From: a virus
Taxonomy: Duplodnaviria; Heunggongvirae; Uroviricota; Caudoviricetes
Reading direction: 5' to 3' (one strand)
Virus record (IMG/VR): IMGVR_UViG_2907227753_000005
DNA: 64,000 nt
The position numbers and the translations under genes are program-made. Below, piece after piece: positions 1 to 8,758 of the stretch. The stretch's first letter is position 1; each line of letters begins with the position of its first letter. The notes under the pieces are model-generated. The model was not told the DNA's origin, searched no databases, and saw nothing but the letters and a program-made list of their open reading frames with translations.

Positions 1-675
1 CGTTGCGATTTGCGTGATGTCGGGTTCTTCGATTACCGCGCCCGCCGTAAGCATCACGTTACCGTCCACATCGTTCAGGTTGTACTTGAACGGCTTCAGG
101 GCACCAACGTATAGGAAGGACTTCTTGTAGTCCAGGAAGTTAACCGCAGGGTCAGCTACGAGAACCATAGCCAGTCGGTTATTCATGACGTTAATGTACA
201 TGTACACTGGCTTCTCTTTGTTACGGTCAGTTGGTGTGTAGTCTTCCAGTGCCCATTGATACAGTACTGGGTGACCAGTCAACTTGAACGTAGGGCGAGT
301 GGTTACAGGTAGTGTCGTAGGATCAGTACCTTCCAGTCCTTCAAGCAACTGAACCGTAAGTGTGCTGTGCTCCTCATAACTAGGGGTTGGAGCCACTGTA
401 CGTGGAACCAGTGCGTGGTTGATGAAGCTCACGTAGAACTTCTTAGTAAGAGGAGTTGCTTGTGTACCAATCGTAATCGTGCCTTGGAGGATTAGCTCCT
501 GAACGCGACCGTTGGTGTCAAGCTCCTCGTAGAACACTTCCCACAGGCTTTGCTCTTGTACTTCACCCGCCGTAGTCTCGAACGGGTAGGTGTCGAACCC
601 AGTAACTTCTTCCTTGAGCTTTGTCAGCAAGTCCTGGGATGTGGTAATAGTCTCAACGTATCTGAAGTTTGCCAT
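1..675 (-). CDS. Distal tail/baseplate structural protein, N-terminal part; the gene runs past the left edge of the window
   Basis: ATG on the minus strand at 675-673 is preceded by AAGGAGGG. The frame stays open to position 1 (MANFRYVETITTSQDLL...). It is the last gene of the tail module downstream of the tape measure protein. Confidence 0.5.
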   Translation of the reverse strand, partial: MANFRYVETITTSQDLLTKLKEEVTGFDTYPFETTAGEVQEQSLWEVFYEELDTNGRVQELILQGTITIGTQATPLTKKFYVSFINHALVPRTVAPTPSYEEHSTLTVQLLEGLEGTDPTTLPVTTRPTFKLTGHPVLYQWALEDYTPTDRNKEKPVYMYINVMNNRLAMVLVADPAVNFLDYKKSFLYVGALKPFKYNLNDVDGNVMLTAGAVIEEPDITQIAT

Positions 676-691
676 TGAGTAGTAACCCTCC

Positions 692-2644
692 TTATTTGAT
701 CTCTTTCAAGAACGCGATTGTGATAACGTCAGGTGATGGTGAGTGCTTGAACAAGTTCAACGGACTCTTGATACTGAAGAACTTGTACACTTCAGTCCAG
801 GTACCCAACGATGGGTTTGCAGTGTCTTTCAGAATCTCCGTGTCAACAATAAGCTCATCTCGGTTCACGAGGTTATGGTCGTGGATTGCAACAACCCCAT
901 CCATGTAACCACGGTAACCTTCAGCTTGGTGGACAAGGTAGATCGGACTCGCATGGTACTTGCCCGTCCATAAGGATTTTTGGAATCCGTCTGCGTCAAC
1001 AATTAGTTTAGACAGACCTGGGGGAAGTGTACCTACTGATGGATAGTTCGGAAGATGTGTAATGAATGCAGGATAGTACCGTTGGAACAATACGTTACTG
1101 CGAGTCTTCAGCATCGACATCGAATCCATACCGTTGGATGTATACTCACCGTACTTAGCGTACAGATCAGGGTTAAGCTCAGTAATTACATCGTTCTTGG
1201 TGTATCCAGTCATATCGGTTCTCAGGTCTCCCATACCCACCGTCACGCCGAAGTTACCTGCATGGTCGTATTCGTTGAACGGAACGATCTTACCGATGTA
1301 TCCGAAGCTACGGTAGTAACCGTGGATGTTCGGTGAAGGGTCACCTTCAATAACCAGGACAATGCGGTCGTTGTTGACAGACATTGTGTAGGAGATCAAG
1401 TAGTCAGGTCTACGCTTCTTGTTAGGCAACCAAGCAGTTGTTGAATCTCTACCGTGGAAGAAGTGAGCCGCAGGGCTTACGATTTCGGTGACTCCATCGT
1501 AGTCCAGTTTCCACTTAACCACAGGAGGAACGAACTCTTTAACTGCATTTGGGTCGTTCCAGGAAAGGTAAACGTAGTGAGCCTTCAACTGGTCGATTAC
1601 GGTAGGCGCTACCCCGAGTTTAAGCGTATCAGGATCAACAATGCCCTCGTAAGTCAGCTTAGGATCACCCTGAGCCATGGAACCGTCAAACCCTTCCCCG
1701 TGATAGACGTTAATGTAATTCCAATCGTCCACGGGTTGCTCGAACATAACGTAGTAATCACGAGAAGGAATCCCTGAAGGGACTGTTGGAGTACCTTTAA
1801 TCACGACACGAGACGGTAAGCTGTTCAGTAAGTCTGCCTTATAGTTTAGCTCATTGAACTTGTACTGTTGCTTGTTAGGCTCATAGTAGGTTTCAGTGAT
1901 TGTTCCCCACGTAAATTTACCCCAAGCATCGCTACTAGCGCGACGAGAGTAGTTGTAGTAGAATCGACCATTCTTTATCCCCCGTACCGCGTAAGCCCAG
2001 TCAGAAGGCATCTCGACAACGATCTCAAACTGATTCCATTCACTGGATGGTTCAGTAGCACCGTCAAGGGTGTCGATAGTCTGCTGTACCAAGTAAGCCT
2101 TATACCCTACAGGAGTTGTATCGTCTACCACAACAGTAATCAGACAACCAGGGACATCTACATACTTAACCTCTTGGGTCTGTCCATCCGTATAGGAGAA
2201 CTGAACAACCTGGATTTTCCTACCTGTTCGGTAATTACCAAAGTCTTTACCGATGTCAGTATTCACAGGCTCAGGCTTACCTTCTGCATCTTCTTTGAAG
2301 TAGGACAGCTCTACTTCGTGCAGATAACCATCTGCATCTACAGCCTTATCGCCGCCGATGATCTTTGCATCTGTCCAGTTAGGTACCTTAAACACTTCGT
2401 ACTTGTTTCCGTCCGTGTGCTCGTACATACCTACCACATCAAGGTTGTATCCCTTTTGGTAGGTCACCCACTTATAGCCATCAGATTCGTAAACACTCTC
2501 CCACCGATTTGCGTCAATACCACCCTCAACCCTAGGGATGTCAGCGTTAACGACCTGATCGGCAAGTGTTTTAATAAGCTTCTGCGCTTCTGTTTCACCG
2601 TCAATGTAGGCGGCAAAGTTCGTCAGCGGTTTTTGTAGTGCCAT
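692..2644 (-). CDS. Large distal tail/baseplate protein (650 aa), a candidate receptor-binding or baseplate component
   Basis: Long ORF in the tail module downstream of the tail lysin. No motif was recognised; the call rests on position only. Confidence 0.5.
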   Translation of the reverse strand: MALQKPLTNFAAYIDGETEAQKLIKTLADQVVNADIPRVEGGIDANRWESVYESDGYKWVTYQKGYNLDVVGMYEHTDGNKYEVFKVPNWTDAKIIGGDKAVDADGYLHEVELSYFKEDAEGKPEPVNTDIGKDFGNYRTGRKIQVVQFSYTDGQTQEVKYVDVPGCLITVVVDDTTPVGYKAYLVQQTIDTLDGATEPSSEWNQFEIVVEMPSDWAYAVRGIKNGRFYYNYSRRASSDAWGKFTWGTITETYYEPNKQQYKFNELNYKADLLNSLPSRVVIKGTPTVPSGIPSRDYYVMFEQPVDDWNYINVYHGEGFDGSMAQGDPKLTYEGIVDPDTLKLGVAPTVIDQLKAHYVYLSWNDPNAVKEFVPPVVKWKLDYDGVTEIVSPAAHFFHGRDSTTAWLPNKKRRPDYLISYTMSVNNDRIVLVIEGDPSPNIHGYYRSFGYIGKIVPFNEYDHAGNFGVTVGMGDLRTDMTGYTKNDVITELNPDLYAKYGEYTSNGMDSMSMLKTRSNVLFQRYYPAFITHLPNYPSVGTLPPGLSKLIVDADGFQKSLWTGKYHASPIYLVHQAEGYRGYMDGVVAIHDHNLVNRDELIVDTEILKDTANPSLGTWTEVYKFFSIKSPLNLFKHSPSPDVITIAFLKEIK

Positions 2645-2656
2645 CGGTTACCCTCC

Positions 2657-3067
2657 TTATCTCAAGAATTTGATGTTGTACCACACCGACTTCGCTTCAG
2701 GAACTACGTTTACAAAGTCAAATTTGATCTGAGTTCCCGCCGCGATGGGGTACACAATGCCGAAGCTGTTACCCATGGAGACGGACTCAGGAAGCTCCTT
2801 CGTAAAGATCGTCTGGCACACCTTCTCGTTACCGATGGTCAACTCCCAGTAATCACCTACGCAGTACTGACTCGCCGCGAAAGCGATAGACAAGAACTCC
2901 GTATCGTATGGAAGTGTGAATGTGTCCGACTTCGTAGTCTGAGCGGCAGGTATATCCAACATCTGCCCCCTAATAAAAGGGATGGTCTTCTTGCTGAAGT
3001 GTGGGTATGGCAACTCGCGTACTTTGTCGATAACGCCGCCCGCGACATACACAATGTTAAATGCCAT
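2657..3067 (-). CDS. Hypothetical tail module protein (136 aa)
   Basis: Tightly packed ORF in the tail module with coding-like composition. Confidence 0.4.
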   Translation of the reverse strand: MAFNIVYVAGGVIDKVRELPYPHFSKKTIPFIRGQMLDIPAAQTTKSDTFTLPYDTEFLSIAFAASQYCVGDYWELTIGNEKVCQTIFTKELPESVSMGNSFGIVYPIAAGTQIKFDFVNVVPEAKSVWYNIKFLR

Positions 3068-3085
3068 CTTTCCACCCCCTAATTT

Positions 3086-3529
3086 CTATATACGATTCAC
3101 GCTCGTTCCAGTTAAGCGTCCTTCATCATCATAGTTTAGACCGATATGATAAGTGAGTACCGACTCGCCGCTTGCATCGAAAGTCCTTGAAGTCACTTGT
3201 GTCAAACGAAAGTACTTATAATAGGAATAATCAGGATGCGTGTATCCAACTCCCACAGGAAAACCCGTGTCATCTTCGGAGCCAAACTTCATCCAAATTG
3301 AAACCCTCCACGTTGATTCATAAATCATATCCGCGCCCGTTACCCTCTCGGTATCCATCGGATGTTCCCTAAAAAGAGTAACAGAAGGCTCCCCTTCAAG
3401 AGGGTTGCCTTCTATGTTGTGGATACTGGTATACTTACGAATCTCGCGGTGGATAAGGTCTAACACGGGAAAGACGATATTGTCGTTAACTATGCCCGCC
3501 ATTAAGCCATAACCCCCTTCTTCGACCAC
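3086..3529 (-). CDS. Hypothetical tail module protein (147 aa)
   Basis: Its start overlaps the end of the upstream gene, which is the usual translational coupling in a tail module. Confidence 0.4.
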   Translation of the reverse strand: MVEEGGYGLMAGIVNDNIVFPVLDLIHREIRKYTSIHNIEGNPLEGEPSVTLFREHPMDTERVTGADMIYESTWRVSIWMKFGSEDDTGFPVGVGYTHPDYSYYKYFRLTQVTSRTFDASGESVLTYHIGLNYDDEGRLTGTSVNRI

Positions 3530-6500
3530 ATAAGGTCAATTACTTGAAGCATTCCCGCGTCAACGGAGAAGCTAGTTCTGATTCCTTTAATAGTATAGAC
3601 GGAACGAGTCGTGGTGGTCTTATCTGTCACGAGCACACTGTCTAACACATCGAGCGCAGGATTTGCAGGGATCGAGACTTGGAGAGTTCGGCACATTCGC
3701 TTCATATCGAAGAACGCCTTTTCTGCTACCGTTCTCTTTGCTTGTTTTGTCTTTGCCCAAGGAACAGAGATAACCATTGTTCTGATCTCGCCCTTTAACT
3801 CAAGAAGGATTTCCTTATCAATGAACTGCCCAGGTTTTCCATCAGAGTCAATGACTACAATGTGACTTCTTCCCCGCGACCAGTCGATGGACTTGGTAAT
3901 CGAGATCAGGTTATCGTTCTCGGAGAACTCAGCTACAACTGGTTTGTCATAGTTAATTCTCTCAAGTCGATATGTCCCGTATCTGTCGCAGAAACTTCGG
4001 TATGGAAGTTCTCCAATTACTTCCGAGACAGCTTCAGATACTTTTATGGAATACTGCTCGAAGGTCTTTCCGTACTCCTCAACAAACGGATTGAGCCATC
4101 CATTAGGAGTCAGAATAGAATCTGCGTCCTTAACCTCGAACTCTCCTTCCTTATCGGCAATCGGAACAATGACCCTACCTGTTTTCTGATCGACCTCTAC
4201 AAGGTAGGTCTCGTCGATCACGTAGTCAGGGTATGACAAGTCTTCGCTTGTCGCCCGCCACCCGATCAGACCTGCGTGTTTAATGAGGTCAAGAGCTACC
4301 GTGGATTTAACCCAAGCGGGCTTTTCAAATTCCGTAGGCTGTTCTACCGTAGGTGCAGGAGTCGGTGTCGTAGCCGTACTCTCCCAAGCACTTGGATTTG
4401 CCAGTATGTCTTGGTAGTAAGACCATACCTTGTCCACCCAGTTGTCTCTATCCCCACTCCAAACCATGGGAGCAATATCGCCGCCATCGTGGAAGTACAG
4501 TACGTCAGCCTTAGACGAAACTTTCTTCCCTTTGGATGCTAGAGCCTTGGACATACGTTCAGCACCACGCTTCATCTGCTCCTGGATACCTTTGTATTTA
4601 GGGTCACAGTACCCTGCGCTGTAGCATCCATATCCTAGGATGAAGCTCCCGTTTTCTTCCTTACCCATGCCCGCTGTACCCATTACTGTCTCATGCCTAC
4701 AGATAGCAAGAAGGAACTTGTAATCGGGAATGCTATAAGCCGCCGCCTGTGTCTGTGCCGCTTGAATGATTTCGGTCTTCCTGTCGCCGCCCGTAGGCGC
4801 AGGTACAGGGTCGGGAACGTTGTCCACATGATCGACCTCAGGGTACGCCTTCTTCTCCGTGATGACCTTCTCGATTGCCCTCTTGTACATGTCCCTAGCT
4901 GTGATCTCTAGGGTGGACTCTCCATTCATGTCAACCTTATCAATCAGCCCCGTGAACACCCTAATCAGGTGTTGCCCGTACCCCATGTAAATGCGGATAG
5001 GTGTATTCTCACTAAGGACACCAATATGGAACCCATTGGCGAAGTACGACCATGGTGACACCATACCTGCTGTCTCAGGGAAATAAGCAGGGTTGTAATC
5101 AGGCGAGAAAAATCCTCTAGGGTTGGAGACTGAAAGCCTTGCTTCCCTTGCTTCTGCTTCGTACTGGTCATCAACCTCACAGCTAATGATGTTCGGAAGA
5201 ACCTGGGTATCCATATAGACGAAGGAGCCGACCTGCAAGTACTCCGAGTTAGTAACTGTGTTACTGATGAAGTCCTGGTACTCGATCTCCTCCCAGGTTC
5301 CCTTGGAAGGGTCAATCTCAGCTTCAGCTTCGTTCTCTTTAGGTGGTGTTGGTAGGAACTCCTGGATTCGGATGTAGTCGATTGCGAACTTCTTTACAGT
5401 AGGTGGTGCAGGAGGTCCGATCCCGCCAGGGACTGGTGGTGTAACCATCTCCCCACCGTATACGACCTGGACTTTGATCTTCTTGGTTCCCTCAGGGATG
5501 GCGATGTTCTTCAGCTCGGTTACCTTTGTCAGGTCGTACTTACCTTCAAACTTGCTGACGTAGCCATACGCCTTATCGTCCATGAGGATTGAGACCTCAT
5601 CACCAGTCATCATTCCAGTGAAGTTAGTCCCGAAACCAATACTGAACAGCCCTGCGGTCGGCATATTCAGTTTAGTTACGTCAATCTCAAACTCTACCGT
5701 GGCAGAGCTGACACCAAACGTGTAAACCAACTTACCTCCCGAGTCGTACATCGTCCAACCTGAATCAACAGCGGCAAAGCTTCTGAAATTCCAACCAAGG
5801 CTGTAGATGTCCTTCTCATACCAGTTGCGTTTATCGAAGTTCTCACTCAGCTTGACCTCTCCTGGGTAACCAGTCACGAACCCCTCGTCAACTGTTGATT
5901 TACCTAAGGTTTCCGCATCAGAGTAGAGCTTGCGCTCCCTCTTTAGGTACGCTCTAGGATCGACTGCCTTTCCTCCTTCACCCGTCCGAGTGTCTTGGTT
6001 AACTCCCTCCCAAACCTCAAAGTGTAGGTGACGACCTTTACCTGCGGCTCTCTCCGCTTCTGAAACTCGGTGACCATTCGTGTAGACCGCACCAGTATTC
6101 CCAAGCTTACCGATGACCTGTCCCTTAGAAACAATGTCATCCAAGGAGACGTTGATCTCACTCAGGTGGAAGTATTTGGTCATCACTCCACCCGCATGTT
6201 TGATGTTAACAGTGTTACCGCCACCTTCAGTTCTGCTTCGGGTAATGTTAACAACCTTCCCTGCCCACGCCGCCAGGATCGGAGTCCCCATGTCGTCCCA
6301 TAGGTCAATCCCCTTGTGCGTACGACCGCCCGAACGAGCCGCACCGAAGTTATCGGTGACCGTAATGGTTTCAAACGTCTTGCCTTGTACAGGGAAGGTA
6401 ATGTCGTCTCCATTAGCAGATGTCTCACCGTCATATACGCCATCCGTGGATTCCGCGACCCACACTTTCTTGACGGACGTGATCTCCTCAACCTCTGTGG

Positions 6501-6639
6501 TGATATAACGGAACTCCTCTGTCCGTCCAGGGATGAACGCAAGTCTATCAACCTCAACTCTTACATTGGGCAAAGCCCTCTCTCCGAGCTTCAGCCGTTG
6601 AGAGAGAACTTTTAGAACCTCATCTGAAATTGGAATCAT
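3502..6639 (-). CDS. Tail-associated lysin or tail tip protein (1045 aa) with a peptidase M23 (LytM-type) domain
   Basis: The translation carries the M23 signature GRTHKGIDL...HLHFE(V) flanked by Gly-rich beta segments. Its size and its position after TMP and the Dit-like genes fit a Tal or tail endopeptidase. Confidence 0.7.
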   Translation of the reverse strand: MIPISDEVLKVLSQRLKLGERALPNVRVEVDRLAFIPGRTEEFRYITTEVEEITSVKKVWVAESTDGVYDGETSANGDDITFPVQGKTFETITVTDNFGAARSGGRTHKGIDLWDDMGTPILAAWAGKVVNITRSRTEGGGNTVNIKHAGGVMTKYFHLSEINVSLDDIVSKGQVIGKLGNTGAVYTNGHRVSEAERAAGKGRHLHFEVWEGVNQDTRTGEGGKAVDPRAYLKRERKLYSDAETLGKSTVDEGFVTGYPGEVKLSENFDKRNWYEKDIYSLGWNFRSFAAVDSGWTMYDSGGKLVYTFGVSSATVEFEIDVTKLNMPTAGLFSIGFGTNFTGMMTGDEVSILMDDKAYGYVSKFEGKYDLTKVTELKNIAIPEGTKKIKVQVVYGGEMVTPPVPGGIGPPAPPTVKKFAIDYIRIQEFLPTPPKENEAEAEIDPSKGTWEEIEYQDFISNTVTNSEYLQVGSFVYMDTQVLPNIISCEVDDQYEAEAREARLSVSNPRGFFSPDYNPAYFPETAGMVSPWSYFANGFHIGVLSENTPIRIYMGYGQHLIRVFTGLIDKVDMNGESTLEITARDMYKRAIEKVITEKKAYPEVDHVDNVPDPVPAPTGGDRKTEIIQAAQTQAAAYSIPDYKFLLAICRHETVMGTAGMGKEENGSFILGYGCYSAGYCDPKYKGIQEQMKRGAERMSKALASKGKKVSSKADVLYFHDGGDIAPMVWSGDRDNWVDKVWSYYQDILANPSAWESTATTPTPAPTVEQPTEFEKPAWVKSTVALDLIKHAGLIGWRATSEDLSYPDYVIDETYLVEVDQKTGRVIVPIADKEGEFEVKDADSILTPNGWLNPFVEEYGKTFEQYSIKVSEAVSEVIGELPYRSFCDRYGTYRLERINYDKPVVAEFSENDNLISITKSIDWSRGRSHIVVIDSDGKPGQFIDKEILLELKGEIRTMVISVPWAKTKQAKRTVAEKAFFDMKRMCRTLQVSIPANPALDVLDSVLVTDKTTTTRSVYTIKGIRTSFSVDAGMLQVIDLMWSKKGVMA

Positions 6640-6651
6640 CGTGCATCCCCC

Positions 6652-8055
6652 TTATTTGAATCTCTCAAGTGTCCACTTTCTGAATCTGCTCAAGAAGGTT
6701 ACTGCTTCAGCACGGGTCATTGCGGTATCCCCCAAGAACCAGGTAGTAGGCTCTTGATTACCATTCACGGGTCTACCCATATTCGTCAGTACTGCGGCAC
6801 CGTCTAAGGTCTTGACAATGTTGAAACCTGCAATCAGGGGATCGCCGTTGGAGAAGGTCTCGTCTTCCATCTCCGAAACAGACTGCTTCCACCAGTTGGT
6901 CGCTGAGGATTCAACACGCTCATCCTTGTCTTGGTAGTAGTAAGCAGATGCTCTACCAACATCCTGGAAACGTTCGCTTTCCCCCTTCTTGTAGTAAACC
7001 TTCACCTCATCTCCCTCGTTTAGAGGGTAGTTAAACACTATGGTGTGGTTGTCGATCTCCGTAACAATAGGTGCATACTTAGCAACACCATTCACCTTAA
7101 CGGCAAGCTTGTTCTTTCCCGCAGGGAAGTTACCGTTGAGTCGGAATACCCTCTGCCCATTAAAGGCGATAATGGTTTGGTCAATACCTTTAGTAGGGGC
7201 TTCCATGTCGGTGAACCTAGCGTACAGAACCTTGCGGAGCTTGTTGATGAGGTGGAATGCTTCTCCCCTCGTAATGATTGAGTTAGGGAAGAAACGGTTG
7301 TTGTATGTTGGATTGTCCGTTGTCGCCTTAACGCTCTGACTCATCATCTTGTACACGCCGTTCTCGTAAATCCAGTAATTGAACTTACACGTCACGCCGT
7401 TGAGGTTGAACGGTAGGAACAACGAACCGCCTGGGCTGACACAGTAAACATCCGTTCGGTACCCGATAGCCTTTGTCGCAATTTCAGTAACAGCATCTAC
7501 GTTACCCGCCGACTGTTGCCAAACCTGTTTAGGGATACTAAGCCTACGTAGCGGCTGACCTCCTGCATACAGGTACTCCTGGTGCTTACGGCTGTAAGGG
7601 TCATAGAAGTAAACATCGTTCTTTGGAATGACTGTTCTAGGGAGATCACCCAACCAAGACACGGGAGGTCTTTTCCAGTCCTCGTCCAGGAGTGGTACTC
7701 CGTAGCTACAGAACGCAACGATCTGACCGTTCTTGCATCCTGTATAAAGCTCGACATCCGTACCGCCCGATAAGTTATCTGCGGCAGACTTGTATATGGT
7801 TTGAACTCCGTCAATGAACACGTACAAGGGGTTACCCTCGGACGGTGTAATTTTCTTGGAGAGTTTGAACTTAGACTGACTGGTAACTGCCTTAATCTCC
7901 TCGAAGATGAAAGGCTTACCGCTCTCAAATTGGTTGTATGTCATTCCGTCAACGAAGGCATTTCCGTCTTCGAGATACATATTCGTGGCTTCCATTACAT
8001 CGTTGTAGAACCAGTCACCCTCATTCACGTCAACCCATTTTCGCATTGAAAGCAC
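6652..8055 (-). CDS. Tail protein (467 aa) carrying SLH-like motifs
   Basis: The C-terminus ...TTWFLGDTAMTRAEAVTFLSRF matches the SLH TRAE core. An internal IITRGEAFHLINKL segment resembles a second copy. The gene lies between the Dit-like gene and the tail lysin. Confidence 0.55.
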   Translation of the reverse strand: MLSMRKWVDVNEGDWFYNDVMEATNMYLEDGNAFVDGMTYNQFESGKPFIFEEIKAVTSQSKFKLSKKITPSEGNPLYVFIDGVQTIYKSAADNLSGGTDVELYTGCKNGQIVAFCSYGVPLLDEDWKRPPVSWLGDLPRTVIPKNDVYFYDPYSRKHQEYLYAGGQPLRRLSIPKQVWQQSAGNVDAVTEIATKAIGYRTDVYCVSPGGSLFLPFNLNGVTCKFNYWIYENGVYKMMSQSVKATTDNPTYNNRFFPNSIITRGEAFHLINKLRKVLYARFTDMEAPTKGIDQTIIAFNGQRVFRLNGNFPAGKNKLAVKVNGVAKYAPIVTEIDNHTIVFNYPLNEGDEVKVYYKKGESERFQDVGRASAYYYQDKDERVESSATNWWKQSVSEMEDETFSNGDPLIAGFNIVKTLDGAAVLTNMGRPVNGNQEPTTWFLGDTAMTRAEAVTFLSRFRKWTLERFK

Positions 8056-8094
8056 CTCCTCACTTTAGATTAGACAGAAAAGGAGTAGGTCGCC

Positions 8095-8745
8095 CTACTC
8101 CCTGATGATTCGCTCTATTAACCTTTTGGTTCTCATGAGGAACGTCACGAACTCAGCTCTCGTGATGAAGTCCTCAGGTCTGAAGTACAAGACAGGGGTT
8201 CCGTCAAGTTCAGTAACTACGACAATACCGAGGTTAGCCATATCCTCAATCGCCGTTCTAGCCCAGTGGTCTTTACCTTCAGTGGTCTCAAGGTCTTGGA
8301 ACTGTACAACGCTAGTGGCATCGTACCCGTCCTTTTTGATTAGGGTCATGGTCAGCTCAACCTTGTACCCTTTCTGATCTATGTTTGGGTCTCCTTGATG
8401 GTAGAACACAGGATCAGCCTTGATTGACTCAACCACCCCGAAGTAGATGTTGCCGCGCTCATCATAGAACTTATGAGTCCAACCAACATACATAGAGTAG
8501 TCGCGGAACGCTTCCTTGTCCTTGAACAGCATGTTGAGGATTGCCTTATAGGACGACACCCCCATCTGATGGAAGTGTGATGGAGCATTGATGATCTTGA
8601 TTTCCTTGACCTGGGGTTGAGGAGACGGAGTGGAGTAAGGCTCGATGATCCGAGCCTTTACTTCCACGAACTCCATCCCAGTGTCAACGAACAGTTTGCG
8701 CTTGTACTTATCATTAGCTGAGCCGAACGGGTCACGTTGGGACAT
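8095..8745 (-). CDS. Tail protein (216 aa) with a complete C-terminal SLH domain, in the distal tail protein (Dit) position
   Basis: DHWARTAIEDMANLGIVVVTELDGTPVLYFRPEDFITRAEFVTFLMR fits the SLH consensus (HWA..AI...GI...DG.F.P..ITRAE..L.R). It is the gene immediately after TMP. Confidence 0.55.
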   Translation of the reverse strand: MSQRDPFGSANDKYKRKLFVDTGMEFVEVKARIIEPYSTPSPQPQVKEIKIINAPSHFHQMGVSSYKAILNMLFKDKEAFRDYSMYVGWTHKFYDERGNIYFGVVESIKADPVFYHQGDPNIDQKGYKVELTMTLIKKDGYDATSVVQFQDLETTEGKDHWARTAIEDMANLGIVVVTELDGTPVLYFRPEDFITRAEFVTFLMRTKRLIERIIRE

Positions 8746-8758
8746 TCAGTTTACCTCC

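Noticed and set aside
1868-2638. 256-aa plus-strand ORF
   Set aside because: It is antisense to the 650-aa tail protein gene and has no translation signals.
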